Shown here one piece after another: positions 37,150-46,865 of a stretch of 64,000 bases of DNA. This DNA comes from Candidatus Parcubacteria bacterium. Its GTDB lineage: Bacteria; Patescibacteriota; Minisyncoccia; Phycocordibacterales; UBA2100. The notes beneath the pieces were generated by a model, which was not told the origin of the DNA, did no database searches, and was given only the letters and a program-made list of their open reading frames with translations. Each line of letters begins with the position of its first letter. Within the stretch, counting starts at the first letter, position 1. The DNA lies in NCBI GenBank assembly GCA_041168925.1, contig JBEEJY010000010.1, positions 12,430 to 76,429 on the forward strand, in the 5' to 3' direction. A program made the position numbers and the translations under genes.

Positions 37150-37653
37150 TCAGCTTCGAGCGAAGGCCAAACCTGCATACGCGACGAGAAGCCACCAAAA
37201 ACGATAGGATTCGGCGAACACTGCTTGCACCTGCGGTCCGAAGTGCCATAGCGCGGTGAGCTGCGGGATCTGCAGCCAGACGATGATGAGCACGATCGCG
37301 CCGCAAAGACCGGCGATAAGCGCGGGAAGCGGGCCGCCCGAATCGGCAAAGGTAAAAACGATCCGGTGGATCACAAAGTAAAGCAGCACAAACATCGCGC
37401 CGAAAATGGCGAGTTCCTTGTATGCGCTGACGAATCCGGCGAGCATTGGCCCGATGTATGCCGCCTTCGCGAGAAGTTGCTCAAGCATGAGCGCGGTCGG
37501 GAGCACGAGGGCAAGGGTTGCCGCGCGCGCCGGACCATTGCGAAGGGCGTCGAACGCCAAGAGCCCCGCGACTCCTGCGACAATAAACCAATCAGTCGGC
37601 CAATGTGCAAGCAAGCTTGAAGCCTGCAGAAAGGAGGTTGTAGCGATATCCAT
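37150..37653 (-). CDS. Small multi-pass membrane protein
   Basis: 167 aa, 4-5 hydrophobic segments. Confidence 0.65.
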   Translation of the reverse strand: MDIATTSFLQASSLLAHWPTDWFIVAGVAGLLAFDALRNGPARAATLALVLPTALMLEQLLAKAAYIGPMLAGFVSAYKELAIFGAMFVLLYFVIHRIVFTFADSGGPLPALIAGLCGAIVLIIVWLQIPQLTALWHFGPQVQAVFAESYRFWWLLVAYAGLAFARS

Positions 37654-37732
37654 GTTGTAACCGTTGTAGACGTTTTATCCGTTCTAATAGCCGGCGTCTA
37701 TAACGTTTACAACGATTATAACGTATAGAACG
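37654..37732. repeat. Inverted array of 9-nt-period repeats (4+4)
   Basis: GTTnTA at 37654/37663/37672/37681; TAnAAC at 37699/37708/37717/37726. Confidence 0.8.
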
Positions 37733-37734
37733 TG

Positions 37735-38823
37735 CTAGAGTCCTTCTGTCTTTAATTTTTCAACAAGTTCGCGCTGCTGTCTCGAAAGTTTTTTCGGGAA
37801 TTGCACATCAACGCGCACCAGCAGATCGCCGCGCGAGCCACGTCCGTGGGGAATCCCTTTTCCCCGAACGCGAAGAATCTCGCCGTGTTCCACGCCGGCA
37901 GGGATAGTCAGGGATTCCTCACCGTCGAGCGTCTTTATGCGGTACTCGCCTCCGAGCAGCGCTTCCGTGAGCCGGATAGAGAGCGAAGTGAGCAGGTTGT
38001 TGCCATCGCGAGAAAATCTCGGATCCTGCTTTACGTGGAGCTTTACATAGAGATCGCCCGCGCCCGCGCCCGGCACTGCCTCGCCGCGCCCGGGCATACG
38101 GATCATCTCTCCGTCTTCAACGCCGGCAGGTACGACGACGCGAACCTCTTCTTGTCGTTTACGCACACCGTCGCCCCGGCACGCTTCGCACGGGTGTTCG
38201 GGCGATTCGCCGCGACCCTTGCAGCGGGGGCACTGGCGCGAAGAAGTGAAGGTGCCGAAGAAAGAGTTTCGCGTCTCGCGTATCTCTCCCTTGCCGTTGC
38301 AGCTCGCGCAGGTGATCATTTTCGATCCCTTCTTCGCGCCCGTGCCCTCGCACACGTCGCACACGGCCATCTTGCTGATGAGGACACGGCGATCAGTGCC
38401 GAATACCGCCTCGCGGAATGTCAGCTCGATATCGATAGAGATATCGCGCCCGCGCGCTCGCGCCCCGCGCGATCCGGCACCGAATATGTCGCCGAATATG
38501 TCTCCGAGATCGAATTCGAACGCCTGCCCGTTCTGCCCCTGGAAACCCTGAAAGCCTCCGGCGCGCGCGAAATCGGAGAAATCGAAACCGCCGAATCCTC
38601 CCTGCGGTCCGCCTCCCGCGAACGTTTTTCCGTACGTGTCGTATTCCGTCCGCTTTTTCTTGTCGGAGAGCACCGCGTATGCCTCGCTCACCTCCTTGAA
38701 TTTTTTCTCATCCCCGCCTTTCTTATCGGGGTGATATTTGTGCGCGAGCTTTCGAAAAGCGGTCTTAATCTCCTCTTCGCTCGCCGTTTTCGTCACGCCG
38801 AGAATCGAGTAATAGTCTTTCAT
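37735..38823 (-). CDS. dnaJ: Chaperone DnaJ
   Basis: HPD, G/F-rich linker, four CxxCxGxG motifs. Confidence 0.97.
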   Translation of the reverse strand: MKDYYSILGVTKTASEEEIKTAFRKLAHKYHPDKKGGDEKKFKEVSEAYAVLSDKKKRTEYDTYGKTFAGGGPQGGFGGFDFSDFARAGGFQGFQGQNGQAFEFDLGDIFGDIFGAGSRGARARGRDISIDIELTFREAVFGTDRRVLISKMAVCDVCEGTGAKKGSKMITCASCNGKGEIRETRNSFFGTFTSSRQCPRCKGRGESPEHPCEACRGDGVRKRQEEVRVVVPAGVEDGEMIRMPGRGEAVPGAGAGDLYVKLHVKQDPRFSRDGNNLLTSLSIRLTEALLGGEYRIKTLDGEESLTIPAGVEHGEILRVRGKGIPHGRGSRGDLLVRVDVQFPKKLSRQQRELVEKLKTEGL

Positions 38824-38884
38824 GTCCGGAGATTATATAGGCGCTATTTTGAAAAGCAAAAGCCCGTCTTGCGCAGACTCTCTG

Positions 38885-40747
38885 CTATTCTTTTGGCGGT
38901 TCTTCCGGCGGTTTGCCCGACTGGCCGGATTGATCGTCTTGAGGAGGCTTCTGCTGCATCGCCTGGCCAATCGCTTGCATGGCGTTCGAGAGCGCATCGG
39001 CGGAAGATTTGATGACGGACGGATCGGAGCCGCCGCGCGCCGATTTGAGCGCATCGATTTTTTCCTGGACGTTCTTCCTGATATCCTCGCTCACCTTCTC
39101 GCCGTGCTCTTTGAGCGCCTTCTCGGCCGTATAAACGAGCTGATCCGCCGCATTCTGCGCCTCGACGAGATCGTGTTTCTTTCTATCCGCTTCGGCGTTC
39201 ATCTCGGCGTCTTTGCGCATCTTTTCAATATCCGCGTCTGTAAGTCCCGACGACCCCTCGATACGGATGGACTGCTCTTTGCCGGTCGTCTTGTCTTTCG
39301 CCTTCACGGTGAGAATGCCGTTGGCGTCGATGTCGAACGAGACCTCGATTTGCGGCATGCCGCGCGGCGAGGGCGGGATGCCGTCGAGATTGAAGCGGCC
39401 GAGCGATTTATTATCGCCAGCCATCGGACGCTCGCCCTGAACGACGTGTATTTCGACCGACGGTTGATTATCCGAGGCGGTAGAGAAGACCTGTGAGCGC
39501 GAGGTCGGAATGGTCGTGTTGCGCTCGATCAATTTCGTCGCCACGCCCCCCATCGTCTCAATACCAAGCGAGAGCGGTATAACGTCGAGCAAAAGCACAT
39601 CTTTCACGTCTCCTTGCAAAATACCGCCTTGGATCGCCGCGCCGATAGCGACGACTTCATCGGGATTGACCGACATGTTGGGCTTTTTCTTGAAATATTC
39701 CTCGACGGCTTTTTGCATCGCCGGCATGCGAGTCTGCCCGCCGACAAGCACGACCTCGTTAATGTCCCCCACCTTAAAAGGAGATGCTTCCATCGCGCGC
39801 TTTGCTATGCTCATCGCGCGTTCCAGAAATTCTCCCGCGATCTCTTCGAGCTTCGCCCGCGTCATTTTGATGAGCAAGTGGCGCGGACCTGATGAATCAG
39901 ACGTAATGAATGGGATGTTGATCTCCGTCTCGAGCGCCGTCGAGAGCTCGATTTTCGCCTTTTCAGCGGCTTCATCGAGACGCTGGCGGGCAAGCGCATC
40001 GTTGCGTACGTCGATGCCGCTCTCTTTTTTGAATTCGTCGGCGAGCCATCCCATGATCTTTTGATCGATGTCCTTGCCGCCGAGGTGCGCGTCTCCGTCG
40101 GTCGAGCGCACCTCGATCACGTCATCCCCCACTTCGAGCACGGAAATATCGAAGGTGCCGCCTCCGAAATCGAATACCACGATCTTTTCGTTTTTTTTCT
40201 TGTTGAACCCGTACGCGAGCGCGGCTGCGGTCGGTTCATTGATGATGCGCTTCACGTCGAGCCCCGCGATCTTTCCGGCGTCCTTTGTCGCCTGGCGTTG
40301 CGAATCGTTGAAGTACGCCGGGACGGTAATGACCGCCTCCGTGATCGCCTCGCCGAGACGCGCTTCGGCATCCTGCTTCAGTTTTTGCAAAATCATCGCC
40401 GAGATCTCCTCGGGACGATACCACTTGTCTCCCATTTTCACCTCGATTCCGCCGTTGGAGGCTTTTTGGACGTCGAACGGCACCGCCTTGACGTCTTTTT
40501 GCACAGCGGGCTCGTCAAACGTATGACCGATAAACCGCTTGATCTGGTAGACGGTGTTCTTAGGATTCGTGACGGCCTGCCGTTTTGCCAGAAGGCCGAC
40601 CAGTCGTTCTCCCGTCTTCGACGCGGCGACGATCGAGGGGGTGGTGCGTGCCCCTTCCGCGTTTTCGAGAATTTCCGGCTCGCCACCTTTGACGATCGCC
40701 ATCGCGGAGTTGGTGGTACCGAGATCTATGCCGAGTATTTTTGACAT
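38885..40747 (-). CDS. dnaK: Chaperone DnaK
   Basis: [25 protein letters not shown]. Confidence 0.98.
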   Translation of the reverse strand: MSKILGIDLGTTNSAMAIVKGGEPEILENAEGARTTPSIVAASKTGERLVGLLAKRQAVTNPKNTVYQIKRFIGHTFDEPAVQKDVKAVPFDVQKASNGGIEVKMGDKWYRPEEISAMILQKLKQDAEARLGEAITEAVITVPAYFNDSQRQATKDAGKIAGLDVKRIINEPTAAALAYGFNKKKNEKIVVFDFGGGTFDISVLEVGDDVIEVRSTDGDAHLGGKDIDQKIMGWLADEFKKESGIDVRNDALARQRLDEAAEKAKIELSTALETEINIPFITSDSSGPRHLLIKMTRAKLEEIAGEFLERAMSIAKRAMEASPFKVGDINEVVLVGGQTRMPAMQKAVEEYFKKKPNMSVNPDEVVAIGAAIQGGILQGDVKDVLLLDVIPLSLGIETMGGVATKLIERNTTIPTSRSQVFSTASDNQPSVEIHVVQGERPMAGDNKSLGRFNLDGIPPSPRGMPQIEVSFDIDANGILTVKAKDKTTGKEQSIRIEGSSGLTDADIEKMRKDAEMNAEADRKKHDLVEAQNAADQLVYTAEKALKEHGEKVSEDIRKNVQEKIDALKSARGGSDPSVIKSSADALSNAMQAIGQAMQQKPPQDDQSGQSGKPPEEPPKE

Positions 40748-40777
40748 ATAAAATTAGAAGTTATTGATGAGGCAATC

Positions 40778-40808
40778 ATTATATATGCTCATGAAGGGCG
40801 TGTGTCAA
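40778..40808 (-). promoter_or_regulatory. Sigma70-like promoter candidate for dnaK
   Basis: Minus strand TTGACA-19 nt-TATAAT (or 17 nt to TATATA). Confidence 0.45.
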
Positions 40809-40818
40809 CCTCGATTAG

Positions 40819-41355
40819 TTACTTTTTTACGATGACCTGCGCTGAGCGCAAGATGCGTTCGCCCGAGCGATAGCCGTAGCGCAAGATTCGTGCAACGGTT
40901 CCCGACTCGCCAGGTACGTCATCGCGCTCTTCGACCGCCTCGTACGTCGCGTGGTCGAATTTCTCGCCAACCTTGCCGTAGCGCTCGATGCCGTGAGAGC
41001 GAAGTGCGCCCAAAAGTTGGCTCTGCACGGCCTCCATGCCGCTCCGAAAGCCGTCGGAGACACTGACCCACGCTTCGCTTCCGGCCGCCATATCGAAAGA
41101 ATCGAGCGCGGGGATGATGTCGTGCACGAGCGCTTCACGGAGCATCTCGGCCGTGCGCCTTGCACCCATTTCGGCGTCTTTTTTGGCGTTTATCGAGTCG
41201 GCTTTGCACCGCTGCCAACCGTCGAGGTACTCCTTCCGCTCTTTTCTTATCTTTTCTAACTCCGCCCTGATCTTCTTAAGCTTCGCTTGCGCAGCGGCAA
41301 CGTCTCCTAATTCTTCCTCGGGCTCGAAATCAAGATTCTCATGCTCTTCATTCAT
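40819..41355 (-). CDS. grpE: Nucleotide exchange factor GrpE
   Basis: QRCKAD..N, IIPALDSF, FD....EA, GY....RILR.AQV; adjacent to dnaK. Confidence 0.92.
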   Translation of the reverse strand: MNEEHENLDFEPEEELGDVAAAQAKLKKIRAELEKIRKERKEYLDGWQRCKADSINAKKDAEMGARRTAEMLREALVHDIIPALDSFDMAAGSEAWVSVSDGFRSGMEAVQSQLLGALRSHGIERYGKVGEKFDHATYEAVEERDDVPGESGTVARILRYGYRSGERILRSAQVIVKK

Positions 41356-41398
41356 GAGGCGAGTATATCAAATCCGCGATGGGACAATCAAAATGTCG

Positions 41399-41794
41399 TT
41401 AGCGCTTGCTCCACTGCGGAGCCCTTCGCGCGGCCTTGAGGCCGAACTTTTTGCGCTCTTTGGCGCGCGGGTCGCGTTTGAGAAAGCCGCGAACCTTGAG
41501 ATCCTTGCGCTGCTCGGGGACGAGCTCGGCGATCGCGCGCGAAATGCCGTGGCGCACGGCTTCAGCCTGCGCTTTGTGTCCGCCGCCGGAGACCCTAGCG
41601 GATACGGCGTAGCTTGCACCGAGCACTTGAAGCGGCGCGAAGGCAGTTTTTACCATTTGTTCAAGGGGGAAATACTCCTGCGCGCTCTTGCCATTCACGG
41701 TGAGTGAGGCACTCTTGGAGTCCGAAATGCGCACGCGTGCTGTCGCTGTCTTTCTTCGCCCCACCGCTTCGGTATATCGGTTTTCTTTTGCCAT
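41399..41794 (-). CDS. rpsI: 30S ribosomal protein S9
   Basis: GRRKTATARV, ERKKFGLKAARRAPQWSKR. Confidence 0.97.
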   Translation of the reverse strand: MAKENRYTEAVGRRKTATARVRISDSKSASLTVNGKSAQEYFPLEQMVKTAFAPLQVLGASYAVSARVSGGGHKAQAEAVRHGISRAIAELVPEQRKDLKVRGFLKRDPRAKERKKFGLKAARRAPQWSKR

Positions 41795-41803
41795 AGTTGT
41801 ATA

Positions 41804-42163
41804 TTATTCCGTTATCGTTAGATTTTTCAAACGGGCAACAAGCATCGTATTGCGAGGAAGCATGCGGCGCACAGCTCGGCGGATCGCTTCTCCTCTACCG
41901 CGTCGAGCGGTGAGCGATGCCAGCGATTCGACTTTCTGGCCGCCCGGATACCCGGAATAGGTGACATACATTTTCCCCGTGCGCTTTTTCTCTCGGATAG
42001 AGAGCTTGCCGGCATTCGAGATCTCTACCTTGACGCCGGAATTCTTGTGTGGCACGTAATCGGCGCGCATCTTGCCCATAAGCGCTTTCGCCGCTTCGGC
42101 GGCGACGCGCCCGATGCTCTTGCCTGCGGCGTCGATCGTGTACGTGGTATCGGAAAGTTTCAT
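41804..42163 (-). CDS. rplM: 50S ribosomal protein L13
   Basis: IDAAGKSIGRVA, YSGYPGG, AVRRMLPRN. Confidence 0.94.
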   Translation of the reverse strand: MKLSDTTYTIDAAGKSIGRVAAEAAKALMGKMRADYVPHKNSGVKVEISNAGKLSIREKKRTGKMYVTYSGYPGGQKVESLASLTARRGRGEAIRRAVRRMLPRNTMLVARLKNLTITE

Positions 42164-42176
42164 ATCCTTCGGCAGA

Positions 42177-42521
42177 TTACTTGATGAATTCGATGCGGGC
42201 TGATTCGATCGCGCGTTTGCCCACTCGCCCCAAGCGGACGATACGCGTATACCCGCCCGTACGCTTCGCGAATTGCTCGTTCATGCCATAGAGCATCTTT
42301 GCCGCCCCTCCGAGCTCGACAACGACGGCTCGACGAGAAGCGAGCGTGCCGTCTTTCGTCTTCGTGACAAGTCGTTCGATAAACGGCCGGAGCTCTTTCG
42401 CTTTTGCGACGGTGGTCATGATGCCATCGTGCATCACGAGCGAGCGCGCGAGGCTGCGCAAAAGCGCCACGCGCTGGCGCTTCACGCGGTGAAATTTCCT
42501 GTTGGCTTTGTGGTGCCGCAT
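42177..42521 (-). CDS. rplQ: 50S ribosomal protein L17
   Basis: MRHHK, TTVAKAKELR, RTGGYTRI. Confidence 0.95.
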   Translation of the reverse strand: MRHHKANRKFHRVKRQRVALLRSLARSLVMHDGIMTTVAKAKELRPFIERLVTKTKDGTLASRRAVVVELGGAAKMLYGMNEQFAKRTGGYTRIVRLGRVGKRAIESARIEFIK

Positions 42522-42523
42522 AT

Positions 42524-43501
42524 CTATTTATCGGATCGCAGAGTGAGCCCCATGTTGGAGAGCGCGCGCTTGATGTCTTGCAGCCCCTTCTGGCCGAGAC
42601 CTTCGATCGAGAGGAGATCGTCCTCGCGCTTGCGTACCAGACCGCCTACCGTTCTGATCGAGGCGTTGTCGAGCGCTTGCTCGACGCGCTGAGGAAGTCC
42701 GAGTTCGCCGATTCGCGTCTTCAGGACCTCCGCGTCGAGAGCAACACCCTTCTCCTCCCTGCCGGCACGGCCGGTCTCCGGTATGCCGAGCAATGCTTCG
42801 GGAGCCTCGTCTTCTTTGAAGCCGACGACCGCTTTCAGCTGGTGAATCATGGTCGCGATCGAAGTCTCAAGCGCCTCGCGCGGAGGAAGCGTGCCGTCGG
42901 TCTCGATCGTGATGCGCAACCGGTTGAAATCGGTACGATCTCCGACGCGCATGTTCTCGACTTCGTAGTTGACGCGGCGGATCGGCGAGAAGATCGCATC
43001 GAGCGCTATCGTGCCGATTTCGACGCGTTCTTTCTGGTGCGCTTCCTTCGGGATATAGCCCAATCCGCGCTCCGCGCGCAGTTCCATTTCGAAATTCGTC
43101 TTGCCCGTGATGTCGGCTATATGACTCTCGGGATTCAGTATCTCCACCTGTCCGGGGAGTTTGAGATCGGCCGCAACGGCCGTCTTCGGACCTCTCGCCG
43201 AAAGCGTGATCGTCTGCGGCTCGTCGGTGAGCAATTTGAGACGGATCTTCCGGACGTTGAGGAGAATCGTTACCACGTCTTCTTTAACGCCTTCGATCGT
43301 TGAAAATTCGTGCGCGACGCCCGGAATCTTGACATGCGTTACGGCAGCGCCCGGGAGAGAGGAGAGAATGATGCGACGAAGGCTGTTGCCGAGCGTGTAG
43401 CCATAGCCGGGATACAGCCCGTCTATTTCATATACGCCGCTTCGTTCCGATTCGGAAACGATGCGCGGCTTACTGGGCAGAGCAATGTGATAATCAAGCA
43501 T
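42524..43501 (-). CDS. rpoA: RNA polymerase alpha subunit
   Basis: GYGYTLGNSLRRIILSSLPG, HEFSTIEGVKED. Confidence 0.97.
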   Translation of the reverse strand: MLDYHIALPSKPRIVSESERSGVYEIDGLYPGYGYTLGNSLRRIILSSLPGAAVTHVKIPGVAHEFSTIEGVKEDVVTILLNVRKIRLKLLTDEPQTITLSARGPKTAVAADLKLPGQVEILNPESHIADITGKTNFEMELRAERGLGYIPKEAHQKERVEIGTIALDAIFSPIRRVNYEVENMRVGDRTDFNRLRITIETDGTLPPREALETSIATMIHQLKAVVGFKEDEAPEALLGIPETGRAGREEKGVALDAEVLKTRIGELGLPQRVEQALDNASIRTVGGLVRKREDDLLSIEGLGQKGLQDIKRALSNMGLTLRSDK

Positions 43502-43578
43502 AGGATGATGGACCTGTTGGAGTATCCTACTAATAAAACCCGCTGTTTCGACGCAGCGTAAAGGCGGCTAGTGTACCA

Positions 43579-44190
43579 TTATCTGCTGTAGAATTCAAAC
43601 ACCGTCGGATAATCAAGGCCTGCCTCCATGGGACTGTACCCCGGCTCCACCGTCACCTCGGCCGTAAGGAGATCGAGGTTGACCGTGAGCCACTGCGGTA
43701 CTGTTCGTCCGAGCTCTTCCTTCTTCTCCGACAGCGCGGCATAGAGAGGGCTCGTGCGATTCCCCTCCCGGATCGCGATGATGTCCCCTTTCTTCACTCG
43801 GTAGGAAGGCGTCGTGATCCGCTTCCCGTTGATCGTGAAGTGTCCGTGGGAAACGGCCTGCCGCGCGGCGCGGCGCGTGAGAGAAAAACCGGCACGATAC
43901 ACGGCTGAGTCGGCGCGCATTTCGAGCGCGCGATGCAGACTCGCCGACGGATCTTTCTCGGCGAACGCGAGTTTCGCGTAGTTCGAGAGCTGGCGCTCCG
44001 AGAGGCCGTAGGTGTAGCGTACGCGCTGCTTTTCGAGCAGTTGCCTGCCATAATCGCTGCCGCTGCGCCCGCCGCGCTTTTTCCCGGAAAAGCGGGCTTC
44101 GGAGAGCGCGAATTTCTGCGACTGCGTTTTTTCAAAGACGGCCGCGCCGAGGCGTTTCGCGATCTTGAATTTGGATTTGACGAGCAACAT
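43579..44190 (-). CDS. rpsD: 30S ribosomal protein S4
   Basis: SDYGRQLLEKQ, LEMRADSAVYR, ARQAVSHGH. Confidence 0.96.
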   Translation of the reverse strand: MLLVKSKFKIAKRLGAAVFEKTQSQKFALSEARFSGKKRGGRSGSDYGRQLLEKQRVRYTYGLSERQLSNYAKLAFAEKDPSASLHRALEMRADSAVYRAGFSLTRRAARQAVSHGHFTINGKRITTPSYRVKKGDIIAIREGNRTSPLYAALSEKKEELGRTVPQWLTVNLDLLTAEVTVEPGYSPMEAGLDYPTVFEFYSR

Positions 44191-44202
44191 ACGAAATACG
44201 AA

Positions 44203-44637
44203 CTAGACGCGCCTGGGTTTTGGCGGGCGCGGGCCGTTGTGCGGAATCGGCGTGTCGTCCGCGATCTTGGTGACATCGATTCCCTTGCCGGCAAAGCCGC
44301 GCAGAGCCGACTCCCGGCCCGCGCCCACGCCGCGAATCACCACATCCACCTCCTTCAGCCCGATTATCGCCGCCTTGTCGCCGACGAGCTCGCCCACTTT
44401 CGCCGCGGCAAACGGCGTTCCCTTTTTCGCGCCGGAAAATCCAAGAGCGCCCGAAGAAGACCACGCCACGGCGTTGCCCTGCTTGTCGGTGAGAAGGACC
44501 TTTGTGTTATTGTACGTCGCGTGAATATGGAGCGTGCCGGCCGCGATGTTTTTCTTCGCGACGCGCGCGAGCGACCGAGATTTGAGTCCCTGATCGACCG
44601 TGCCGCCGCTTTTTCTGATGATGCGCTTTTTTCCCAT
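44203..44637 (-). CDS. rpsK: 30S ribosomal protein S11
   Basis: ATYNNT, KGTPFAA, TPIPHNGPRPPKPRRV. Confidence 0.97.
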   Translation of the reverse strand: MGKKRIIRKSGGTVDQGLKSRSLARVAKKNIAAGTLHIHATYNNTKVLLTDKQGNAVAWSSSGALGFSGAKKGTPFAAAKVGELVGDKAAIIGLKEVDVVIRGVGAGRESALRGFAGKGIDVTKIADDTPIPHNGPRPPKPRRV

Positions 44638-44640
44638 GGT

Positions 44641-45021
44641 TTATGTTTTCTCGAGTTTGCGGCGGCCGCTGGTCATCGTTTTGCGGACGTTGCCGCGTAC
44701 CGTGCGAGAATTGGTCTTGGTACGCTGCCCGCGAGCGGGGAGATGCTTCGCGTGCCGAGTACCGCGATGCGCCTTGATGTCTTTGAGACGCCGGATATTG
44801 CCGCTGATGAATCGCCGGAGTTCGCCCTCCACGCTGAATTTCTCGATCGCCTCGCGAAGCGCGGTCTCCTCTTTGGGGGAAAGTTCTTTAGGCCGTTTGC
44901 CAAAATCGATGCCGAGTTGCTCGAGCGTCGATTTCGCGCGAGGACGTCCGACGCCGTAAACGGCCGTCAGCCCGATCTCGAGCCGCTTTTCTTCCGGTAT
45001 GGTAATGCCTGCGATTCTCAT
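44641..45021 (-). CDS. rpsM: 30S ribosomal protein S13
   Basis: MRIAG, YGVG, LPARGQRTKTNSRT. Confidence 0.96.
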   Translation of the reverse strand: MRIAGITIPEEKRLEIGLTAVYGVGRPRAKSTLEQLGIDFGKRPKELSPKEETALREAIEKFSVEGELRRFISGNIRRLKDIKAHRGTRHAKHLPARGQRTKTNSRTVRGNVRKTMTSGRRKLEKT

Positions 45022-45045
45022 GATCGTACTTTGAATAATAACGCC

Positions 45046-45159
45046 TTACCCTTGCCGTTGTTTATGGCGAGGATTCTTGCAGATAACCCACAGCCGCCCG
45101 CGGCGCTTCACGGTGCGACAATGCGTGCAGATCTTCTTGACGGAGGATTTCACTTTCAT
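45046..45159 (-). CDS. rpmJ: 50S ribosomal protein L36 (not in the ORF track)
   Basis: [37 protein letters not shown]. Confidence 0.95.
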   Translation of the reverse strand: MKVKSSVKKICTHCRTVKRRGRLWVICKNPRHKQRQG

Positions 45160-45170
45160 GGTGGTCGGGG

Positions 45171-45377
45171 TTAGAAGCGTCGCGTAATGCGCGCTCTGCC
45201 GCCGTACGGATCAAGCCGCAATTCGACGCGATCGCCGACGAGCACTTTTATCCGGTGCAAACGCATTTTACCCGCGAGGTACGCAAGCACGGTCTCGCCG
45301 TTCTTGAGCTTCACGTTAAAAAGGGTGTTTGGGAGCGCCTCGTCGACGACACCCTCCGCAACCTCTGGCTCATGCAT
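45171..45377 (-). CDS. infA: Translation initiation factor IF-1
   Basis: [19 protein letters not shown]...IKVLVGD. Confidence 0.94.
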   Translation of the reverse strand: MHEPEVAEGVVDEALPNTLFNVKLKNGETVLAYLAGKMRLHRIKVLVGDRVELRLDPYGGRARITRRF

Positions 45378-45422
45378 ATCTGCGCGACGAAATATAGCAG
45401 CGGAAGGATGCCGAGTCAACCC

Positions 45423-46865
45423 TCATTCGGTGATCTTCGGCTCAATGACGCTCACCCGGATCTTCGAGGCATCCGGGAAGGTCGACCGCCAGAACGGTTC
45501 GATGCGCGCATGCGCTTCTTCGACGCTCGGAAAGCCGTTGACGATGACCTGGAACGCTCCCTGATCGCGGCCGGCGAGAGCCGCCGCGAGCGCTTTTTCA
45601 TCCACTTTCCAAATAAGAGTCGCGTTGCCGGTTAGAGCAAGCTGGATCGGATCCGATCCGTAATTCGGAGAACCGATGAGGCTCCCGCTGAAATCTTTGC
45701 CCGGCACGAGTCTCACGCTCGCCTCGGAATCGGCATCTGCCGCGGATGTGTGCGCGATCGCCGAGGCAAGCGCGCCATTATCGAAAATTGCCGTTTCGAC
45801 GCGTGCTTTCTCGCCGATCCGAACTCCGCTCTTTTCAGTACCGTTAGGAAGCGAGGTGTATGTGATGCGCGTGAGGCCCGGCACGATGATGCTTGTATCG
45901 CCGGCACTCACCGCCGCGCGCGCCTTGATCTCGAGCCTGCCGCGGATCGTCGCGCGCGCGGTATCTACGGCACCGGGAGCGGTGCCCGGTTCTTCGCCGA
46001 CGAATCCTCCCGACATCGCCCGATCGGAGCGTGCCGTGACTCCCGTATACATGGCGGCGTTCGACTTCAGGCCGGGCAGCGTGAATTTCGCCGTCGGCCC
46101 GATGTTGTATTTCTCGCCGACCTGGTCGGCCACGACCGACGCGCGCAGCTCTCCCGGCACCGACCCCTTTTTCCCCGGAATCGTGACGTCCTGCGCTATG
46201 CGGTAGATGAGTCCTCCGGGCGCTTCAAAGCGCGTCGATTTCACGAGATTGACCGGCGCGCCGGAGTAGTTGTTGACGATCGTGATCGCCCCGGAAGCTT
46301 TGCGCTCGGCATGCGTCGTCCCCTGCGAAGGAACGACTTCGGAATCCTCCGCGTCTGCCGTTTTCACGGTGTAGGTGAGCGTCCCCGGAGGCGCGCCCTC
46401 CGACGGATATGCGGTGAGCGGAATTGCTTCGGTGAGCACGAGCGCATGCGACTTCGGCGTAACCGTTACGCTCGTTGGCCGTAATGCGACGAACGCCAGC
46501 GCGCCCACGGCGAGCGCGAGAATGCCGGCGACGAGCCACATCCAAAAGCGTCTCCTGCGGGGGCCGACGGGTCCTCCTATCGGCGGACGGCCTGGCGGGG
46601 GCACGAGGCGCGGACGAGGGGTGCGGACCGGAGCGATGTTGCGTATACCGCGAGCCGGTGAATCGGTCTCCGCGGTGACTCGTATCGGGATATGGGTATT
46701 TTCGGAGCTATCGGCTGCGATATCTGATACTTCCGTGGAACGCTGCGCCGCGTGACGAGCATGATCGTCGCCGCCTCCGACGGGCGTTATGTCCTGAAAG
46801 TAATCGTTTGCCATCCTCTCCAGTATATCAAGCTCTGATGCCGCGTCTGTCTTCGATGTTGACAA
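45423..46865 (-). CDS. Single-pass membrane protein with baseplate-J-like extracellular domain (start may be 46814)
   Basis: Disordered N-terminus, TM helix, KASGAITIVN...TRF...ADQVGEKYNI...GG motif. Confidence 0.6.
   Translation of the reverse strand: MSTSKTDAASELDILERMANDYFQDITPVGGGDDHARHAAQRSTEVSDIAADSSENTHIPIRVTAETDSPARGIRNIAPVRTPRPRLVPPPGRPPIGGPVGPRRRRFWMWLVAGILALAVGALAFVALRPTSVTVTPKSHALVLTEAIPLTAYPSEGAPPGTLTYTVKTADAEDSEVVPSQGTTHAERKASGAITIVNNYSGAPVNLVKSTRFEAPGGLIYRIAQDVTIPGKKGSVPGELRASVVADQVGEKYNIGPTAKFTLPGLKSNAAMYTGVTARSDRAMSGGFVGEEPGTAPGAVDTARATIRGRLEIKARAAVSAGDTSIIVPGLTRITYTSLPNGTEKSGVRIGEKARVETAIFDNGALASAIAHTSAADADSEASVRLVPGKDFSGSLIGSPNYGSDPIQLALTGNATLIWKVDEKALAAALAGRDQGAFQVIVNGFPSVEEAHARIEPFWRSTFPDASKIRVSVIEPKITE

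Noticed and set aside
40748-41400. CIRCE element at grpE/dnaK
   Set aside because: No TTAGCACTC-N9-GAGTGCTAA found in either spacer
45423-46865. Prophage, based on the baseplate-J-like domain
   Set aside because: Membrane-anchored protein among housekeeping genes; no capsid, terminase, tail or integrase genes
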